64,000 nt of DNA, taken from positions 3,451 through 67,450 of IMG/VR virus record IMGVR_UViG_3300002092_001375; one strand, 5' to 3'. Below the pieces are notes generated by a model. That model did not search any database, was not told the DNA's origin, and was given only the letters and a program-made list of their open reading frames with translations. The position numbers were made by a program, and so were the translations under genes. The stretch comes from a virus. Shown piece after piece: positions 9,200 through 20,613 of the stretch. Positions within the stretch are counted from its first letter, which is position 1. The number at the start of each line of letters is the position of its first letter.

Positions 9200-12124
9200 A
9201 TGGCAGCATTAGATTTTCCAGGATCAACGACAGCAACCGGTGGTACTATCACAACAAGTGGCTTGTATACGATCCACACGTTTACTACCACCGGAACGTT
9301 TACCTGTAGTGGAATATTTTCTTGCGATATATTAATCGTCGCCGGTGGTGGTGGTGGCGGAACTTACGGCGGTGGCGGTGGTGCTGGCGGTTTAGTTTAT
9401 TATACAGCACAATCAGTAACAACAGGATCTTATCTTGCTACCGTTGGATCAGGTGGAACTGCTGGATTATGGGCAAGTGCTTTACCAGGGAATGGATCTA
9501 ACAGCAGTTTTGGATCATCACTAACTACTGCGGTTGGCGGTGGTGGTGGTGGAAATAATACCAGTGGTGGTTTTTTTGCCCCAGGTCAGAATGGAGGATC
9601 AGGGGGCGGGGGTTCATCGGGCGATCCGGGTGGTACTAATCAAGTTCCCGGTAAAGGTATCTATCCTGGAAGTAGTTATGTTAGCGCAACACGACAAGGG
9701 TACGACGGTGGTGCTGGTGAACCCGGTAATAATGATTACGCCGGTGGTGGTGGTGGTGCTGGAGCAGCAGGTGAAGGTACTACACGAGCACATCACGCAG
9801 GCGGCGTAGGATTAGCATACAGCATTAGTGGTTCGAGTGTTTACTACTCCGGTGGCGGAGGTGGGGGTGGCTGGAGCGGTCGTGGCAGTGGTGGTAACGG
9901 AGGTGGCGGAGCAGCAAGCGGCGGGGCTGGAACTGCTAATACTGGCGGTGGCGGTGGTGGCGGTGGATATCCAGCCAACGGTGGTGCTGGAGGTAGCGGT
10001 ATCATAATCGTGCGTTACTTAACTGCTACCTTAAGTCCAGTCGCCTCGGGACAGACTTATATTCCATCATCGTTAGCAACAGGCGGAACTATAACTACAA
10101 GCGGTAGTTATACTGTACATACATTTACTAGCACTGGCACATTTACTCCCCCTTCGACATTATCAGTTGATTATCTCATAGTAGCAGGTGGGGGTGGAGC
10201 ATCAGGTGGTGCTAATGGTGGTGGTGGTGGCGGGGCCGGAGGTCTTATATACAGCACCGGTGCGAGTTTCTCTGCTACTGCATATACTGTAACTGTAGGG
10301 AGCGGAGGTCCTGGTGCTACTGCCGCAGATGCGACAAATGGCAATAACTCGTCTATCGTTGGTGGTAGCGTTAATCTAGTTGCGATCGGCGGCGGAAGTA
10401 GTAGAATTGGTGCTAACGGTAACAATGGAGGATCAGGCGGTGGCGGTAGTGCCACAGGCGGGTTAACAACAGGCGGCACAGGACAACAACCAGCAAGTGC
10501 CAGCGGCGGCTATGGTAACAATGGTGGAAATAGCACTGCTGCTGTTAGTCCTTATCCCCAAGGTGCTGGTGGTGGTGCTGGTGCTGTCGGTGGCACTGGA
10601 TCAGGTACTCAATCTGGCGCAGGTGGTATTGGACTAGCATATAGTATAAGTGGATCTAGTGTGTACTATGCAGGCGGTGGTGGTGGTGGTGCTACGTTCC
10701 AAGGATCAAGCCCAGGTGCCGGCAGTAGTGGCGGTGGTGGTGCAGGCGGTACCGCTAACGGAACAAATGGTACTGCATATACTGGAGGTGGTGGTGGAGG
10801 CGGGTCTAACAACTCAGGTAACACTGGAGGTAATGGTGGGTATGGTATAGTAATTATTAGATATCTTACTCCGGCAACTCTACCCTACGCAAGTACTTTT
10901 ACTTACGACAGTACTAATACGATTTGGCGGCGCTATTCCTCTACCGGTGGACTAACTGGAGCAACTGGACCGACCGGTAATGGTGTAAATGATATTCCGA
11001 GAATAACTGCGGTCTCACAGAGCGGAATTATCTATAGCAATAGCGGCGGTACTATAACAATAACTGGTACTGATTTTGCTTCAGGGTGTACAGCGTATAT
11101 AGGATCAACAGCAGCAACTACTACAACATTTAACAGTAGTACATCAGTAACAGCAGTATTTTCAAGTGCCATAACGGGCACTCAACATGTTTATCTATAC
11201 AATCCCAATGGTGGAACTGCGATTTCTCCCAATGCAGTAACTATAACAGTACCATTACCAACCGGTGGTACAATTTCAACTATCTCAGGATATCGTATGA
11301 ATACGTTTACTACGAGTGGTACATTTACAGTTTACGCAACTATAACTGCTAACGTGTTAATAGTAGCAGGTGGCGGCGGCGGGGCATATTGTGGAGCAGG
11401 AGGTGGCGGTGGACTATTATATGGTTCAATTACTATTCCTTCTGGAACATTTACTGTTACAGTAGGTGCCGGTGGTACTCCTGGTGTAAGCCAAGCAACC
11501 GGCAATGCTGGCACTAACAGTAGTATAAGCGGCTCAGGTATTACAACTGCTACTGCTCTCGGAGGTGGTGCTGGGATTACAGCCGCGGGAACACCGAGTA
11601 CCGGAAACGGTGGCAGTGGCGGTGGTGCTGGATACAATGCTAGTACTTCTGTAGCAAGCACCGGAGGTACTGCTACACAGAGCAGTAGCGGCGGGTTAAC
11701 TGGGTACGGAAATAACGGTGGTGGTGGTATTAACGGTGCTAACGGATCCGGTGGTGGTGGTGGTGGTGCCGGTGCAGCAGCCGCTACATCCACAAATCCA
11801 AATGCATCCACTAACGGTGGCATCGGCCGACAATATAGTATATCAGGCACTGCTCTCTATTACGCAGGTGGTGGTGGGGGTGGAGGCTATGGCGGTACAT
11901 CTGGTGGTAACGGGGGTAGCGGTGGAGGAGCAGGTGGAGCATCTGGAAGTAATACCGATGGAACGAGTGATACTGCTCGTGGAGCAACAAACCCTAGCGG
12001 AATAACCGGTGGAGACGGTGGACCAAACACCGGTGGTGGAGCCGGTGGCGGAGGGTGGAGCAGCGGATTCGGTAACGGTGGGCAAGGTGGTTCTGGTATC
12101 GTTATCATCCAATATGCTAACTAA
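9200..12124 (+). CDS. large virion protein with three glycine-rich domains and one IPT/TIG-like domain
   Basis: Three copies of GGTI...TFT.TGTF...IVAGGG...GIII.RY-type domain; NDIPRIT IPT domain between copies 2 and 3. Confidence 0.85.
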   Translation: MAALDFPGSTTATGGTITTSGLYTIHTFTTTGTFTCSGIFSCDILIVAGGGGGGTYGGGGGAGGLVYYTAQSVTTGSYLATVGSGGTAGLWASALPGNGSNSSFGSSLTTAVGGGGGGNNTSGGFFAPGQNGGSGGGGSSGDPGGTNQVPGKGIYPGSSYVSATRQGYDGGAGEPGNNDYAGGGGGAGAAGEGTTRAHHAGGVGLAYSISGSSVYYSGGGGGGGWSGRGSGGNGGGGAASGGAGTANTGGGGGGGGYPANGGAGGSGIIIVRYLTATLSPVASGQTYIPSSLATGGTITTSGSYTVHTFTSTGTFTPPSTLSVDYLIVAGGGGASGGANGGGGGGAGGLIYSTGASFSATAYTVTVGSGGPGATAADATNGNNSSIVGGSVNLVAIGGGSSRIGANGNNGGSGGGGSATGGLTTGGTGQQPASASGGYGNNGGNSTAAVSPYPQGAGGGAGAVGGTGSGTQSGAGGIGLAYSISGSSVYYAGGGGGGATFQGSSPGAGSSGGGGAGGTANGTNGTAYTGGGGGGGSNNSGNTGGNGGYGIVIIRYLTPATLPYASTFTYDSTNTIWRRYSSTGGLTGATGPTGNGVNDIPRITAVSQSGIIYSNSGGTITITGTDFASGCTAYIGSTAATTTTFNSSTSVTAVFSSAITGTQHVYLYNPNGGTAISPNAVTITVPLPTGGTISTISGYRMNTFTTSGTFTVYATITANVLIVAGGGGGAYCGAGGGGGLLYGSITIPSGTFTVTVGAGGTPGVSQATGNAGTNSSISGSGITTATALGGGAGITAAGTPSTGNGGSGGGAGYNASTSVASTGGTATQSSSGGLTGYGNNGGGGINGANGSGGGGGGAGAAAATSTNPNASTNGGIGRQYSISGTALYYAGGGGGGGYGGTSGGNGGSGGGAGGASGSNTDGTSDTARGATNPSGITGGDGGPNTGGGAGGGGWSSGFGNGGQGGSGIVIIQYAN

Positions 12125-12129
12125 AAGTA

Positions 12130-12137
12130 GATAAGTA
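12130..12137 (+). promoter_or_regulatory. late-promoter-like motif GATAAGTA
   Basis: Intergenic before collagen fibre gene. Confidence 0.55.
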
Positions 12138-12138
12138 A

Positions 12139-14124
<1,986 letters not shown>

Positions 14125-14148
14125 TGTTAGATTACGGAGAAATAAAAT

Positions 14149-15615
14149 ATGGCTGTTTCAAGAACCAATGTTAGTACCAATCTGGATTATGTCGCATACA
14201 CATCCAGCGATACCCTTAAAGATATTTTTAACAGTATAGCATCATGTCTTACTAACCACGGTTGGACACAGTATTCAACAGCTAGCGCAGGTACTACATT
14301 CTTCAACACTTATGATCCAAATGCTGGCACTACTCCCACACTTGATTTCCGTAGGGTTTTTAGAGCAGCATTAACCAACACCGGTAGTGGATTAACCTAC
14401 AAATATGTCATGTTGAGGATATTTAAACAAGCACCAGACGGTACTAACGTATATGCTTATAGTTCATTAACTTTAGTCTGGTACGTACAACTTATCCCCA
14501 TACAGTCATGGAATGGTACTACAGATGTTGGAACCAATTATGCAGGAACTGCGTTAACCGCAACCGTAAACGTAAATGGTGTATATGATAATGCAAATTG
14601 GAACAATGTTGATGATGGTTCGTGGACAGCAAAAGCACCGCATACTTGGTTCAGTCTTAGTGTAGGAGGGTTTATGTATGTGGCTGTTAGTGCTAACTGG
14701 ATCTGCATGTGGCCATATTTTAACGCAACTACCATCTATAATGGCCCACGCTGTGGCGTATTAATGTATGGCGAAGTGGCTGAAGATTTTGCTGCTTATA
14801 CCAACGTACCTCCCGTTTATGTTACTACTCTCGCTAGATTATTGGCTACTATGGGAGGACCAAATAATCCTACTTATTATAATAACGGTGCAGGTCCTGG
14901 ATCATATGGATGGATGTCGCCTCAATTTTTTATGCCTGTTACTCCTGCTAGCACTACCGGTTATACTGGTGTAGCAGACACGGTAAGAAACGGCTATCAG
15001 GCGATGGGTACAACACGAGTAATGTATGGGCATTACGGATGGTATGGTTGGGACGGTAGTGGCTTGTACGGCGGTCAAGGCACACAATCATCATATCAAA
15101 GTAATGGGGGTAATTGGAATTGGATGGCAGGACCTAATGCGTTCTTTCCTCATGTTGATCTTTCTACTGCCAACAGTTATACAACGATGAAATATAATTT
15201 GGCAGGTAACTATGATTCCGGCGGCCAGACCAGTCCTACAAGTTATACACTTACTGGTGCTCAGGCGTTCCAACAAACTGCTCTCAATTCTACAAGTTAT
15301 AAAGGCATAGAACCCATCATTGGTGGTGGGGTGTTGGGAGCAGGCGGCACACCAGCTGGTTATAATGCTAATCCCTATCCCATGTGGTGGGCACTAGGAA
15401 GAATGTATGGATTGAAATTCTATGGACAACCTGCAGGAGCAGCAACATGGAACACGTTAGATACCATCACGATGACCACCGATGCCGCTTATATGTACAG
15501 TTCTGGAGGATCTACGAACACGTTTATCTTAATAGGAACCACGCCAGCAGCTTCGGATTGGATTGCTGCTGCTCCGGTTGCATCAGCGGAAGTATTCTTT
15601 GCATTGCCAGCATAA
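14149..15615 (+). CDS. putative virion structural protein
   Basis: 488 aa, G/T/Y/N-rich, follows collagen fibre, GGAG SD. Confidence 0.7.
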   Translation: MAVSRTNVSTNLDYVAYTSSDTLKDIFNSIASCLTNHGWTQYSTASAGTTFFNTYDPNAGTTPTLDFRRVFRAALTNTGSGLTYKYVMLRIFKQAPDGTNVYAYSSLTLVWYVQLIPIQSWNGTTDVGTNYAGTALTATVNVNGVYDNANWNNVDDGSWTAKAPHTWFSLSVGGFMYVAVSANWICMWPYFNATTIYNGPRCGVLMYGEVAEDFAAYTNVPPVYVTTLARLLATMGGPNNPTYYNNGAGPGSYGWMSPQFFMPVTPASTTGYTGVADTVRNGYQAMGTTRVMYGHYGWYGWDGSGLYGGQGTQSSYQSNGGNWNWMAGPNAFFPHVDLSTANSYTTMKYNLAGNYDSGGQTSPTSYTLTGAQAFQQTALNSTSYKGIEPIIGGGVLGAGGTPAGYNANPYPMWWALGRMYGLKFYGQPAGAATWNTLDTITMTTDAAYMYSSGGSTNTFILIGTTPAASDWIAAAPVASAEVFFALPA

Positions 15616-15624
15616 GGAAAAACA

Positions 15625-16101
15625 ATGAGTGACGCTGATCAAACGATAGGAACCAATCGAGCAACTTGTCAATCCTCGTTGCCTATGACAAAGTTAGATT
15701 ATAAAAGTCTAGTTGGCAGTAGAACAGAAACAACAAACAATGAATTTAATATTGCTTTTTATCTTAGTTTTTCACAGACAATAGCAAGAGGTACCACACA
15801 ATCCTCGTTGCCTATGACAAAGTTAGATTATAAAAGTCTAACGGGCAGTAGAACAGAAATAGCACTAACAGAATTCGCTACTATGTTTTATGTTGGTCTA
15901 ACCCAGCAAATAGCCAGAGGTACTACACAATCCTCGTTGCCTATGACAAAGTTAGATTATAAAAGTCTAGTTGGCAGTAGAACAGAAACAACAAACAATG
16001 AATTTAATATTTCTTTTCTAAATTCTCCAGTAACAGCAAGAGGCACAGTAACCGCCACAGACTTTGGGTTTAAGAAATCAATACAAATGGTAGAAGGATA
16101 A
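15625..16101 (+). CDS. protein with three 43-aa tandem repeats
   Basis: QSSLPMTKLDYKSL.GSRTE repeated three times; AAGGA SD. Confidence 0.75.
   Translation: MSDADQTIGTNRATCQSSLPMTKLDYKSLVGSRTETTNNEFNIAFYLSFSQTIARGTTQSSLPMTKLDYKSLTGSRTEIALTEFATMFYVGLTQQIARGTTQSSLPMTKLDYKSLVGSRTETTNNEFNISFLNSPVTARGTVTATDFGFKKSIQMVEG
15670..16050 (+). repeat. 129-bp tandem repeat, 3 copies (starts 15670, 15799, 15928)
   Basis: caatcctcgttgcctatgacaaagttagattataaaagtcta identical in all three copies. Confidence 0.9.
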
Positions 16102-16106
16102 AAAAG

Positions 16107-16454
16107 ATGAATTATGATTCAATAATAATACAACACGACCCGCTGGATGCTTATATGTTTTCTGGCGTTGCTGGGATCGAAGCAGCACACGAACATATGT
16201 ATGCACACTGTACTATTGATTTCCAGCACAGTGCTATCCTAACACGTAAAGAAGATGGTAATGGTAGCAGAGCAGATATAAATACTATCTGGTTCGTGTT
16301 TACCACAGAATCATTACCTAGTGAATTTTTCACCAAAGTAGAATTAACAGCCGAAGGTGTACAACAACGCGATGCTCTACGAATAGCAAAAGCACAAGAA
16401 ATCGCAGATTCTATCGCAAATCTAGCAAAACTAGAAGCAGAACAAAACAAGTAA
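16107..16454 (+). CDS. hypothetical protein
   Basis: 115-aa ORF in operon, AAGGA SD. Confidence 0.7.
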   Translation: MNYDSIIIQHDPLDAYMFSGVAGIEAAHEHMYAHCTIDFQHSAILTRKEDGNGSRADINTIWFVFTTESLPSEFFTKVELTAEGVQQRDALRIAKAQEIADSIANLAKLEAEQNK

Positions 16455-16471
16455 GATGTAAGGAAAAGATT

Positions 16472-16855
16472 ATGAGCCATTTCGCAGAAATTGACGAAAC
16501 AAACACAGTACTTAGAGTTATTGTAGCAGAACAAGAATTTATCGACACGGGTGCGGTTGGAGATCCAAGCAAGTGGATCCAGACTAGTTATAATACACGT
16601 GGCGGTGTACACTACGGACAAGACGGACAGCCAGACGGTGGTGATCCGATGCGTAAGAACTATGCAGGCATTGGATACTCATACGACGCAACCCGCGACG
16701 CTTTTATCCCACCAAAGCCATACGCTAGTTGGGTATTAGATGAAACGACCTGCTACTGGAACCCACCAACACCAATGCCAAGCGACAATACTAAGATCTG
16801 GTCTTGGAATGAAGAAACATTATCTTGGGACGGAACAGATCTCCCAACACAATAA
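16472..16855 (+). CDS. conserved phage tail-fibre-associated small protein
   Basis: HFAEID..N.V.RVIV...WIQTSYN...RKNYAGIG..YD..RDAFIPPKPY.SW pattern, typical of small genes after Gly-rich tail genes. Confidence 0.75.
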   Translation: MSHFAEIDETNTVLRVIVAEQEFIDTGAVGDPSKWIQTSYNTRGGVHYGQDGQPDGGDPMRKNYAGIGYSYDATRDAFIPPKPYASWVLDETTCYWNPPTPMPSDNTKIWSWNEETLSWDGTDLPTQ

Positions 16856-16863
16856 ACTAAACA

Positions 16864-16907
16864 TTGACAACGCTCCTCATGTTGCTATATACTAACAACA
16901 TGAGGAG
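16864..16907 (+). promoter_or_regulatory. sigma70-type early promoter embedded in a 12-bp inverted repeat that covers the SD
   Basis: TTGACA 16864-69, TGCTATATACT 16883-93; ctcctcatgttg 16873-84 / caacatgaggag 16896-907. Confidence 0.75.
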
Positions 16908-16913
16908 AAATAC

Positions 16914-17171
16914 ATGAGTCGCATTTACGGACCAGAAGAAAAAGCAAAACTTATTTCAGTGATCAATCAAGGATCGCAAGTATTACAAGAAGTTGATGAT
17001 CTTAAAGGTGGTCTCAGAGATACTATTAAATCAATCGCAGAAGAACTCGATATTAAACCCGCATTGCTAACTAAAGCGATCAGCGTCGCACACAAGAGCA
17101 ACTGGCAGCAGGTTAACAGTGATTTCGAAGAACTCGAAAATATCCTAATTACTACAGGAAAAGACGCTTGA
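16914..17171 (+). CDS. small helical DNA-binding protein (T4 DsbA-like)
   Basis: 85 aa helical protein (KSIAEELDIKPALLTKAISVAHK), directly upstream of DNA polymerase. Confidence 0.55.
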   Translation: MSRIYGPEEKAKLISVINQGSQVLQEVDDLKGGLRDTIKSIAEELDIKPALLTKAISVAHKSNWQQVNSDFEELENILITTGKDA

Positions 17172-19837
17172 GTTATGTTGACGCACTCTACCTTAGAGAT
17201 GAAGATCAGGTAAAGGTAGTAGAACGTGTAAATGGCAAGCGAGAATTTAAAGAATATCCCGCTCGCTACATCTTCTACTATCCAGATCCACGTGGCAAAT
17301 ACGAAAGTGTATACGGCGAGAAACTGTCTCGAGTCGTGGCACGTAATCTCAAGGATTATCATAAGGAACTCAAGATCCATAATGGTAAGAGATTACACGA
17401 AAGCGATATTAATCCATCATTCCGCTGTTTAGAAGAAAACTATCTAAACCTAGATGCTCCTAAACTACACGTAGCGTTCTTCGATATCGAGACGGATTTC
17501 GATCCGGAACGAGGATTCGCTGATCCAAGTGATCCGTTTATGGGCATAACTGCTATAACAGTATATCTACAGTGGCTAGATAGACTAGTAACTCTAGCAG
17601 TACCTCCTAAAACACTAAAGATCGCTGAAGCAGAGAAACTAGTTACTGAATTTAGCGACTGCTTCCTCTTCGAAGATGAAGCGGATATGCTACAGACTTT
17701 CCTGGATCTATTAGATGACGCAGATATCATCAGTGGTTGGAACAGCGAAGGCTACGATATTCCCTATACTGTAAATCGCGTAGCGAGAGTACTAAGCAAA
17801 GAAGATACACGCCGATTCTGTCTATGGAATCAATTTCCAAAGAAAAGAGAATTCGAAAAATATGGTCGCCAGATGGTCACCTATGATTTCGTTGGACGTG
17901 TACATCTCGATAGTCTCGAACTTTATAGAAAATATACCTATGAAGAACGACACACTTATCGACTGGATGCTATCGGTGAAATGGAAATTGGCGAACGTAA
18001 GACGGTTTACGAAGGATCACTCGATCAGTTGTATAACAATGACTTCCGTAAGTTCATCGAATATAACAGACAGGATGTGGCACTGCTGGGTAAACTAGAC
18101 GATAAACTAAAGTTTATCGATCTATCCAACGAACTCGCACATGCCAATACTGTTCTACTTCAGACTACTATGGGTGCTGTTGCTGTTACTGAACAGGCTA
18201 TTATTAACGAAGCACATCGCAGAGGATTAATCGTAGGTAATCGTCCTAAAAGAGACGAAAGCGAAAACACACAAGCGGCAGGTGCGTATGTTGCTTATCC
18301 AAAGAAAGGTCTACACGATTGGATCGGTTCAATGGATATTAACAGTCTATATCCAAGTGTGATTAGAGCACTGAATATGGCACCAGAGACTATCATTGGT
18401 CAGTTAAGACAGACACAGACCGATGAATATATCGAAGATCTGATGATCAAGCATAAGAAAAGTTTCGCAGCAGCATGGGAAGGGCAGTTCGGTTCGCTAG
18501 AATATGAACTGGTCATGAAGCAGGATAAAGCCACAGAGATCATCATCGACTGGGCTAACGGTGATACCGTAGTTATGAGTGGTGCTGAAATATACAAGAT
18601 GGTCTATGATAGTAACCAACCGTGGATGCTCAGTGCTAACGGTACTATCTTTACACATGAATTCGAGGGTGTTATCCCTGGATTGCTAAAACGGTGGTAT
18701 GCTGAACGTAAAGAACTACAGGCTAAGATGCGTGACGCACAAGCAGCAGGTAATAAGATAGAGACTGAGTTCTGGGATAAACGCCAGTTAGTCAAGAAGA
18801 TCAATCTTAACAGTCTTTATGGTGCTATTCTAAACCCAGGTTGCCGCTTCTTCGATAAACGCATCGGACAGTCAACTACGCTAACTGGTCGTGCTATCGC
18901 TAGACACATGGCTGCTAAGGTTAATGAGATTGTAACTGGCGAAAAAGACCATCTAGGTAAGAGTATTATTTATGGTGACACCGATTCCGTATATTTCAGT
19001 GCTTATAATACGCTAAAGAAGGACATTAATAACGGTAAGATTCCGTGGACCAACGATACTGTTATACAGTTGTACGATCAGATAGCAGATGAAGTAAACG
19101 GTACATTCTCTAAGTTTATGCTCGATGCTTTCCACTGCCCAAAGAGCAGAGGTGAAGTTATTAAAGCAGGTAGAGAACTCGTAGCCAGCAAAGGACTGTT
19201 TATCACTAAGAAGCGTTATGCTGTTCTCTATTATGATAAAGAAGATAAGCGTTATGATAAAGATGGCAGTCCGGGCAAGATCAAGGCTATGGGCTTAGAT
19301 CTCAAAAGATCAGATACTCCGGAATTCATACAGAACTTCCTGAGCGATATCTTAGAGAAAGTGCTAACAGGACATGGCGAGAAAGAGATCCTAGATTTTA
19401 TCTCCGATTTCCGTACAGCATTTAAGAGCAGACCTGGTTGGGAAAAAGGCTCACCAAAGAGAGCCAATAATATCACTGCTTATCTCGGTAAGGAAACTAA
19501 AGCGGGTAAGGCAAACATGCCAGGTCATGTTAGAGCAGCCATTAATTGGAATACTCTAAAACGCATGTATGGTGATAACTACGCACAGGGCATCACCGAC
19601 GGTGCTAAGGTTATCGTCTGTAAACTGAAAAACAACCCAATGGGATTTAACTCAGTAGCATACCCAGTAGATGAGTTGAGATTACCACAATGGTTCAAAG
19701 AACTGCCATTTGACGATGCCGAAATGGAATCAACTATCATAGATGCTAAACTAGATAACCTAATCGGCGTTCTAGATTGGAATCTCTCAGGCACAGAGCA
19801 GTACAATAATTTTGCGAAATTGTTTGACTTTTCATAA
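17168..19837 (+). CDS. gp43: family B DNA polymerase (T4 gp43-like)
   Basis: ExoI FDIETD, GWNSEGYDIPY, SMDINSLYPS, KKINLNSLYG, YGDTDS, KKRYA; TTG start overlapping upstream stop. Confidence 0.97.
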   Translation: MSYVDALYLRDEDQVKVVERVNGKREFKEYPARYIFYYPDPRGKYESVYGEKLSRVVARNLKDYHKELKIHNGKRLHESDINPSFRCLEENYLNLDAPKLHVAFFDIETDFDPERGFADPSDPFMGITAITVYLQWLDRLVTLAVPPKTLKIAEAEKLVTEFSDCFLFEDEADMLQTFLDLLDDADIISGWNSEGYDIPYTVNRVARVLSKEDTRRFCLWNQFPKKREFEKYGRQMVTYDFVGRVHLDSLELYRKYTYEERHTYRLDAIGEMEIGERKTVYEGSLDQLYNNDFRKFIEYNRQDVALLGKLDDKLKFIDLSNELAHANTVLLQTTMGAVAVTEQAIINEAHRRGLIVGNRPKRDESENTQAAGAYVAYPKKGLHDWIGSMDINSLYPSVIRALNMAPETIIGQLRQTQTDEYIEDLMIKHKKSFAAAWEGQFGSLEYELVMKQDKATEIIIDWANGDTVVMSGAEIYKMVYDSNQPWMLSANGTIFTHEFEGVIPGLLKRWYAERKELQAKMRDAQAAGNKIETEFWDKRQLVKKINLNSLYGAILNPGCRFFDKRIGQSTTLTGRAIARHMAAKVNEIVTGEKDHLGKSIIYGDTDSVYFSAYNTLKKDINNGKIPWTNDTVIQLYDQIADEVNGTFSKFMLDAFHCPKSRGEVIKAGRELVASKGLFITKKRYAVLYYDKEDKRYDKDGSPGKIKAMGLDLKRSDTPEFIQNFLSDILEKVLTGHGEKEILDFISDFRTAFKSRPGWEKGSPKRANNITAYLGKETKAGKANMPGHVRAAINWNTLKRMYGDNYAQGITDGAKVIVCKLKNNPMGFNSVAYPVDELRLPQWFKELPFDDAEMESTIIDAKLDNLIGVLDWNLSGTEQYNNFAKLFDFS

Positions 19838-19853
19838 ACGATCTAAGTATAAT
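19824..19853 (+). promoter_or_regulatory. sigma70-type promoter
   Basis: TTGACT-N18-TATAAT upstream of AGGAG SD. Confidence 0.55.
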
Positions 19854-19874
19854 ATAACAACATAGGAGAAGGCA

Positions 19875-20606
19875 ATGATTAAAGACATACTTAAAGATGT
19901 AGTAGCACATACACATTCGTTAGGCTTAGGATTAGTAAAGATCACAGGCGATAAGACCGCTACTGCTATCGAAGCACTAGCAGATAATAAGGAAATCATC
20001 CTACAGGCAGAGACTAAGAATCCAGTAGTTGAATTCGATGGCACATTTGGTATGCCAGATCTCAGCAAGTTAGATCATCACTTGAAGAATCCAGAATATA
20101 AAGATGATGCTGAAATTAAAGTCGTATGGGAAGTACGCAACGGTGAAGATCAACCAGTTATGATCCACTTCGAAAATGCTGCTGGCGATTATAAGAACGA
20201 TTATAAACTCATGGGCACAGCACTTATCAACGAAAAACTCAAGACTGTTAAGTTCAAGGGTGCTAGTTGGCAGATCGAGATCGAACCAACTGTAACTGCT
20301 ATCAATCGTTTCAAACTACAGGACGCTGCTAACAGCGACGAAACGATCTTCATGGTTAAAACAGAAGGCGATCTACTTAAACTCTACTTCGGTGATGCTA
20401 ACTCACATGAAGGCAGTTTTACTTTCCATGTTGGTATTACTGGTAAATTGCGCCAGAACTGGACTTATCCGATTAAGCGTTTTATCAGCATCCTGAATCT
20501 CGATGGTGATAAGACTGTAAAGTTCAGCGATGACGGTGTAGCATTGATTACTGTTGATAGCGGTATCGCAAAATACAACTACTTCATTCCAGCGCAGACA
20601 AAATAA
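19875..20606 (+). CDS. sliding clamp (T4 gp45-like)
   Basis: 243 aa following polymerase; beta/alpha pattern with FGMPDLSKL and C-terminal YNYFIPAQ. Confidence 0.65.
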   Translation: MIKDILKDVVAHTHSLGLGLVKITGDKTATAIEALADNKEIILQAETKNPVVEFDGTFGMPDLSKLDHHLKNPEYKDDAEIKVVWEVRNGEDQPVMIHFENAAGDYKNDYKLMGTALINEKLKTVKFKGASWQIEIEPTVTAINRFKLQDAANSDETIFMVKTEGDLLKLYFGDANSHEGSFTFHVGITGKLRQNWTYPIKRFISILNLDGDKTVKFSDDGVALITVDSGIAKYNYFIPAQTK

Positions 20607-20613
20607 CAAAAAA

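Noticed and set aside
15670-16050. Repeat-spacer pattern resembling a CRISPR array
   Set aside because: 129-bp in-frame coding repeats, spacers related to each other, only three copies, no cas genes
17168-19837. Intein or intron in DNA polymerase
   Set aside because: 889 aa contiguous ORF with normally spaced motifs
20554-20613. Longer N-termini from the ORF track (also 23331, 23897, 28356, 29356, 33496, 48030, 49106, 50407, 53355)
   Set aside because: Downstream ATGs fit SD position, gene overlaps or paralog starts better
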